A stretch of 64,000 bases of DNA, from contig CAWAMW010000015.1 in NCBI GenBank assembly GCA_963783305.1, positions 1 to 64,000 on the forward strand. Reading direction: 5' to 3'. The notes beneath the pieces are model-generated. The model saw only the letters and a program-made list of their open reading frames with translations, was not told the DNA's origin and ran no database searches. Position numbers and translations under genes: made by a program. This DNA comes from an uncultured Gemmatimonadales bacterium (lineage in GTDB: Bacteria > Gemmatimonadota > Gemmatimonadetes > Longimicrobiales > RSA9). Shown piece by piece: positions 60,201-64,000 of the stretch. How positions within the stretch are numbered: position 1 is the stretch's first letter; every line of letters begins with the position of its first letter.

Positions 60201-60287
60201 CCCTCTGGGATTGTCAGCAGGAACTGTGGGCAGGGTGAACGGGCCCCCCGCATGTCCGCATGGGTCCAACATTTCCTGCTGACAATC
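60201..60287. repeat. Inverted-repeat element, copy 2
   Basis: gattgtcagcaggaactgtggg (60209-60230) and ccaacatttcctgctgacaatc (60266-60287) match 20/22 as inverted arms. Confidence 0.85.
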
Positions 60288-60342
60288 TACGAGGATTCGG
60301 TGGGCCGACCGGGGCTGGCTTCTGCCCTCCCCTCTCCACCGA

Positions 60343-60969
60343 CTACAGCTGCGCGATGGCCACGAAGTGACAGGCGCTCCCCGCAAGCACGAACACGTGC
60401 CACGCCACATGAGCGTACCGAACCCGATCCATGTGGTACACGAGCGTGCCCACACTGTAGATCAGCCCTCCGGCGGCGACCCACGCGAGCGTCACGTAGC
60501 TCAGCCTCTCCACTAGCGGCACGAACGCCAGGAGGGCCAGCCAGCCCATGCCGAGATACAGCCCCGTCGACAGCCGGGGGAACCGGTCCAGGAGCGTCAG
60601 CTTGTACACCACACCGCCCACCGCGAGCGCCCACGCAAGGCCGAACATGAACCAGCCCCACGCCCCCCGAAGCGGCAGCAGGAGGAAGGGCGTGTAACTG
60701 CCGGCGATGAAGAGGAAGATCGCCGAATGGTCCATCACTCGGAGGCGCCACTTCAGGTCAAGCCTCGTGACACCGTGGTACAGCGTCGAAATTGTGTAGA
60801 GCGCCACCATTGTGATGCCGTAGATGGCCATGCTCAGAATGCGCCAGCCATCCCCAGCCCGCAGCGCGTCGAGGATCAGGTATCCAGCGCCCACAGCTGC
60901 CAGGGCCGCCCCGATACCGTGCGTGATGCTGTGGAAAAGCTCTTCGTGTCTCGTATAGAAATCGGTCAT
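60343..60969 (-). CDS. Hemolysin III / PAQR family membrane protein
   Basis: SITHGIG, STLYH, DHSAIFLFIAGSYTP and HVAWHVFVLAG motifs. Confidence 0.93.
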   Translation of the reverse strand: MTDFYTRHEELFHSITHGIGAALAAVGAGYLILDALRAGDGWRILSMAIYGITMVALYTISTLYHGVTRLDLKWRLRVMDHSAIFLFIAGSYTPFLLLPLRGAWGWFMFGLAWALAVGGVVYKLTLLDRFPRLSTGLYLGMGWLALLAFVPLVERLSYVTLAWVAAGGLIYSVGTLVYHMDRVRYAHVAWHVFVLAGSACHFVAIAQL

Positions 60970-61101
60970 CTCTATGTTCCCTGGTCCGCCATCCTCCCAT
61001 GCAACCGCGGGGCCAGCCTTCCGTTTCGTCCGCTGAAACCCGCCCCCGCCCACCGCCGTACGGCCAACCGATCACGATACCTGAACTGGAGCACCGCCCG
61101 C

Positions 61102-62310
61102 ATGTCCACCGGCCGTATATACGTCAAGCACGCTCTGACCCGCTCTCTGGCGCGGGTGCTCCTCAGCACGGCTTTCCTCGGACCGACCTTCCTCGGACCG
61201 ACCTTCCTCGGACCGACGCTCCTGGGATCCGCACTGCTCATCACCGCGCCGGCGCGGGCGACCGCGCAGGGCGTAGAGGTGACCGTCGGGGACGTGGGCC
61301 TGGGGATCGGGCCGGTACCCCGGATCGACGGGCTCCGCGTGAACTTTCGCGACGACTATCGCCTGGAGAGAGTCCGTGGCGTCAACGCCACCATCTGGGC
61401 TCCCCATGATGACATCCAGGGGGACGTCTACGGGCTCGCGCTCGGCCTCCCCCTCACCGGCGCGCGTAACCTTGCAGGCCTCGGACTGGGCGCGGGCATC
61501 GCCGTTCACGGCGACTTTCGAGGCATCGCGGTTGCTCCCATCGGCATGGGTAGTGGCGGCGACCTCGGCGGCGTGGTCATAACCGGGATCGGTGTGGGCG
61601 CGGGAAACGACGCGCACGGGATCGTCGTGGGCGGGATCGGCGTCGGCGCGGGAAACCGCCTGTCGGGTATCGCCGTCGGAGGAGTGGGTGTCGGAGCCGG
61701 GAACAGCGCCACGGGAGTACTGGTGGGGGGCGTGGGAGCGGGCGTCGGCAACAGCATGCGCGGGATCGCCCTGGGCGGCCTCGGCGCGGGTGTGGGCAAC
61801 AGCATGACGGGCCTCCTCGTCGGCGGCCTCGGCGTGGGAACGGGCAGCGACCTCACGGGGATCGGAGTGGGCGGCCTCGGGGTCGGCGTCGGCAACCAAA
61901 TCACCGGAATCGCGCTCGCCGGGGGGGGGATCGGCGCGGGCAACGGGATAAAGGGCATCGCTCTGGCCGGCCTTGGCATCGGGTCGGGCGGCCACCTCCG
62001 CGGCCTCTCGGTGGCAGGGCTGGGCATCGGCGCGCCCCGCATCACCGGCCTCGCCGCGGCGCTGGCCGTCGGTGGGCAGGACATTCACGGGCTGGTGCTC
62101 GCCCCCGCCTATTTCCGACTGGAGGAAGACGGGCAGCTTCGGGGAGCCGCAGTGAGCGCGTTCAATGATTTACGGGGGGAGCAGCGCGGACTGGCGATCG
62201 GCCTCGTCAATATCGCCCACGAGCTTCATGGGCTGCAGATCGGCATCATCAACATCGCCCGGAACAAGGATTCGTTCCCCATCATGCCCATATTCAACTA
62301 CCACCCGTAG
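61102..62310 (+). CDS. Exported glycine-rich repeat protein (LA_2272-like surface repeats)
   Basis: About ten 17-aa repeats G[IL]xxGG[IVL]GxGxGNxxx; C-terminus GLQIGIINIA...PIFNYH. Confidence 0.8.
   Translation: MSTGRIYVKHALTRSLARVLLSTAFLGPTFLGPTFLGPTLLGSALLITAPARATAQGVEVTVGDVGLGIGPVPRIDGLRVNFRDDYRLERVRGVNATIWAPHDDIQGDVYGLALGLPLTGARNLAGLGLGAGIAVHGDFRGIAVAPIGMGSGGDLGGVVITGIGVGAGNDAHGIVVGGIGVGAGNRLSGIAVGGVGVGAGNSATGVLVGGVGAGVGNSMRGIALGGLGAGVGNSMTGLLVGGLGVGTGSDLTGIGVGGLGVGVGNQITGIALAGGGIGAGNGIKGIALAGLGIGSGGHLRGLSVAGLGIGAPRITGLAAALAVGGQDIHGLVLAPAYFRLEEDGQLRGAAVSAFNDLRGEQRGLAIGLVNIAHELHGLQIGIINIARNKDSFPIMPIFNYHP
61174..61217 (+). repeat. 15-bp tandem repeat x3 (FLGPT) in the signal region
   Basis: ttcctcggaccgac(c) at 61174, 61189 and 61204. 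Confidence 0.9.
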
Positions 62311-62391
62311 CGTCGGCATGACCTTTCAGGAGGCATGGGTACGCGGCTTGCGAATAGCTCCACCACCATGAACCCTCCCACGGAGAAAAAC

Positions 62392-62685
62392 ATGAGAACG
62401 CTAGCACCCCTGTTCCTGCTACTCGCACTCCCCACCTTTGCGGCGGCCCAGCAGGCGGATGTGACCGATGAGGCGCCGGTGGTCGAACTCCAGCAGAGCA
62501 CCGCTGCGCCGACCGTCAGCCCCGCCTCGATGAACGCCGACGCACCGGCACCGGACGTTGAGATCCAGAGCCGAGACATCCCCGCTGAGAACCCCGCTGC
62601 GATGCAGGACGCCGGATCCCGCCAGTGGTGGTACCTCGTGGGGGCCATCGTGGTCGGCGGACTGATCCTCGCCGTCCTGCTCTAG
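62392..62685 (+). CDS. Small exported protein with C-terminal TM anchor
   Basis: GGAG RBS; signal peptide ...FAAA; low-complexity body; WWYLVGAIVVGGLILAVLL tail. Confidence 0.75.
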   Translation: MRTLAPLFLLLALPTFAAAQQADVTDEAPVVELQQSTAAPTVSPASMNADAPAPDVEIQSRDIPAENPAAMQDAGSRQWWYLVGAIVVGGLILAVLL

Positions 62686-62725
62686 CGGGACTACATCACA
62701 CTCCACGCAAAGCAGGACACATGAA

Positions 62726-62758
62726 GGAAGCGCCCGTAGCTGCCGTGCGGGCGCTTCC
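62726..62758 (+). terminator. GC-rich hairpin, possible terminator
   Basis: ggaagcgcccg pairs with cgggcgcttcc; no strong U tract. Confidence 0.45.
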
Positions 62759-62851
62759 CCATCCTGACCCTCACGTCGGCCAGTGCTTGCCTGTCGACCT
62801 GGTTTCGACAATGAGTTCTGTGGCACCCCCCGGTGCAAGGAGGCTGTGCAC

Positions 62852-63841
62852 ATGAAGCCGATCCGCCACGTCCCGCGCTCATTACGTGCGACCACGCTCC
62901 TCGCTCTGGTCCTCGGTCTGACACCCGGGTGCGCAGCGTTCGGCGCCGGACCGCATGCAAACCGAACCACGGACCCGATCAGCTCGCCCGTTCCGGGCGG
63001 CACTCTTCAAACCGTGAACGGCACTCGTCTCTACGTCCGCACCGAGGGCAGCGGCGCTCCGGTGCTCCTGGTGCACGGCGGACCTCTCCTCGACCATGGC
63101 TACCTGGTGGCGCCCTTCAGTCCGCTCCGCACCAAATACCAGCTGGTATTCTATGATCAGCGGCTCAGTGGGCGGTCTGAGGGCCAGGTGGACAGCGCCT
63201 CTGTCACCCTGGCGCAGTTTGTGGCGGATATCGAGGGGGTTCGGGAGGCACTCGATCTCGAGCGGATTCACCTGGTGGGCCACTCCTGGGGCGGGCTGCT
63301 GGCGATGAAATACGCGCTCGCTCACCCGGAGCGACTGCGGTCGCTCGTGCTCGTGAGCCCCATGGCACCGACGGCCGAGCTTTGGCGTGCGGAGGAGGCG
63401 GCGCTGCAAAGATCCCTCGAGCCCACGGACACGGCCGGGCTCGGTGAGCTCCGCGCGTCCCCCGCCGTCGCGGCCCGGCATCCTGCGGCGATCGAGCGGC
63501 TGCTCCAGCTCTCCTTTCGGGCCCAGCTGCATGACCCTGCCCTTGCGGACCGACTCCGGTTCGAGATCCCCGAAGACTACGCGGCGCGCGGCCGTCAGTT
63601 CGCGCGGGTGACGCCGGAGCTGTCGAACTACGACCTGCTGGGCTCGCTCCGCGCGCTGCGGGTGCCGACGCTGCTCGTTTACGGCGGCTCCGAGGCGGGT
63701 GCGAGCATCGGCGCTGAGGCACTGCGCGCGGCGGTGCCGAACCTGGTCGTCGAAGTCATCCCCAACGCCGGTCATTTTGCGTTCCTGGAACAGCCGGAGA
63801 TCTTCCGCCGGATCCTGGAGCGGTTCCTCGAGGGCACCTGA
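62852..63841 (+). CDS. Alpha/beta hydrolase (proline iminopeptidase-like), probable lipoprotein
   Basis: AAGGAGG RBS; HGGP, YDQR, GHSWGG and AGHF motifs; LTPGC lipobox. Confidence 0.88.
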   Translation: MKPIRHVPRSLRATTLLALVLGLTPGCAAFGAGPHANRTTDPISSPVPGGTLQTVNGTRLYVRTEGSGAPVLLVHGGPLLDHGYLVAPFSPLRTKYQLVFYDQRLSGRSEGQVDSASVTLAQFVADIEGVREALDLERIHLVGHSWGGLLAMKYALAHPERLRSLVLVSPMAPTAELWRAEEAALQRSLEPTDTAGLGELRASPAVAARHPAAIERLLQLSFRAQLHDPALADRLRFEIPEDYAARGRQFARVTPELSNYDLLGSLRALRVPTLLVYGGSEAGASIGAEALRAAVPNLVVEVIPNAGHFAFLEQPEIFRRILERFLEGT

Positions 63842-63919
63842 CTTGCACTCTGCCGTACAGTGGACGGCCGGCACGGGCGATCGCTCCGGCCGTGTCATTT
63901 TGTCGAGCAAAGGAGCGAC

Positions 63920-64000
63920 ATGAGCGATCTGAAGCTGGCCATCGTGTACTACAGTACGTACGGGACGAACCACGAGATGGCGGAGCTTGCGGCGGAGGCC
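63920..64000 (+). CDS. wrbA: NAD(P)H:quinone oxidoreductase WrbA family, 5' end only
   Basis: [36 protein letters not shown] flavodoxin P-loop. Confidence 0.75.
   Translation, partial: MSDLKLAIVYYSTYGTNHEMAELAAEA

Overview
This is a high-GC bacterial chromosomal window. Gene content (Oar-type TonB receptor, ADOP-type permease, PorV-like barrel, YtxH/YihY) suggests a diderm, probably Gemmatimonadota-like; that taxonomy is inference. Bases 1-5400 form a degraded accessory region next to tRNA-Gly, with lipoprotein genes, tiny overlapping ORFs and a multiply frameshifted IS21 element with recognisable ends. Bases 5.5-40 kb are mostly core genes: tRNA-Gly, tRNA-Thr, cysS, pyrD/pyrF, amidase, smpB, a sigma54 two-component pair, pgi, pyk, rnd and prfC. 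This stretch also holds a PIN toxin-antitoxin pair and an S8 protease/PorV-like pair. Bases 42-64 kb are rich in peptidases and amino-acid enzymes. The best candidate for something undescribed is an intact IS1595-like transposase gene (42012-42857) that keeps its Zn-ribbon and HTH but lacks the catalytic motifs. Beside it is a 22-30 bp motif present as two inverted pairs 17 kb apart (43026-43170 and 60201-60287). Also notable are the T9SS-like cargo/PorV pair and two probable CTG-initiated, stop-coupled genes. I saw no CRISPR array, rRNA or integrase. All family assignments come from motif recognition, not database searches.
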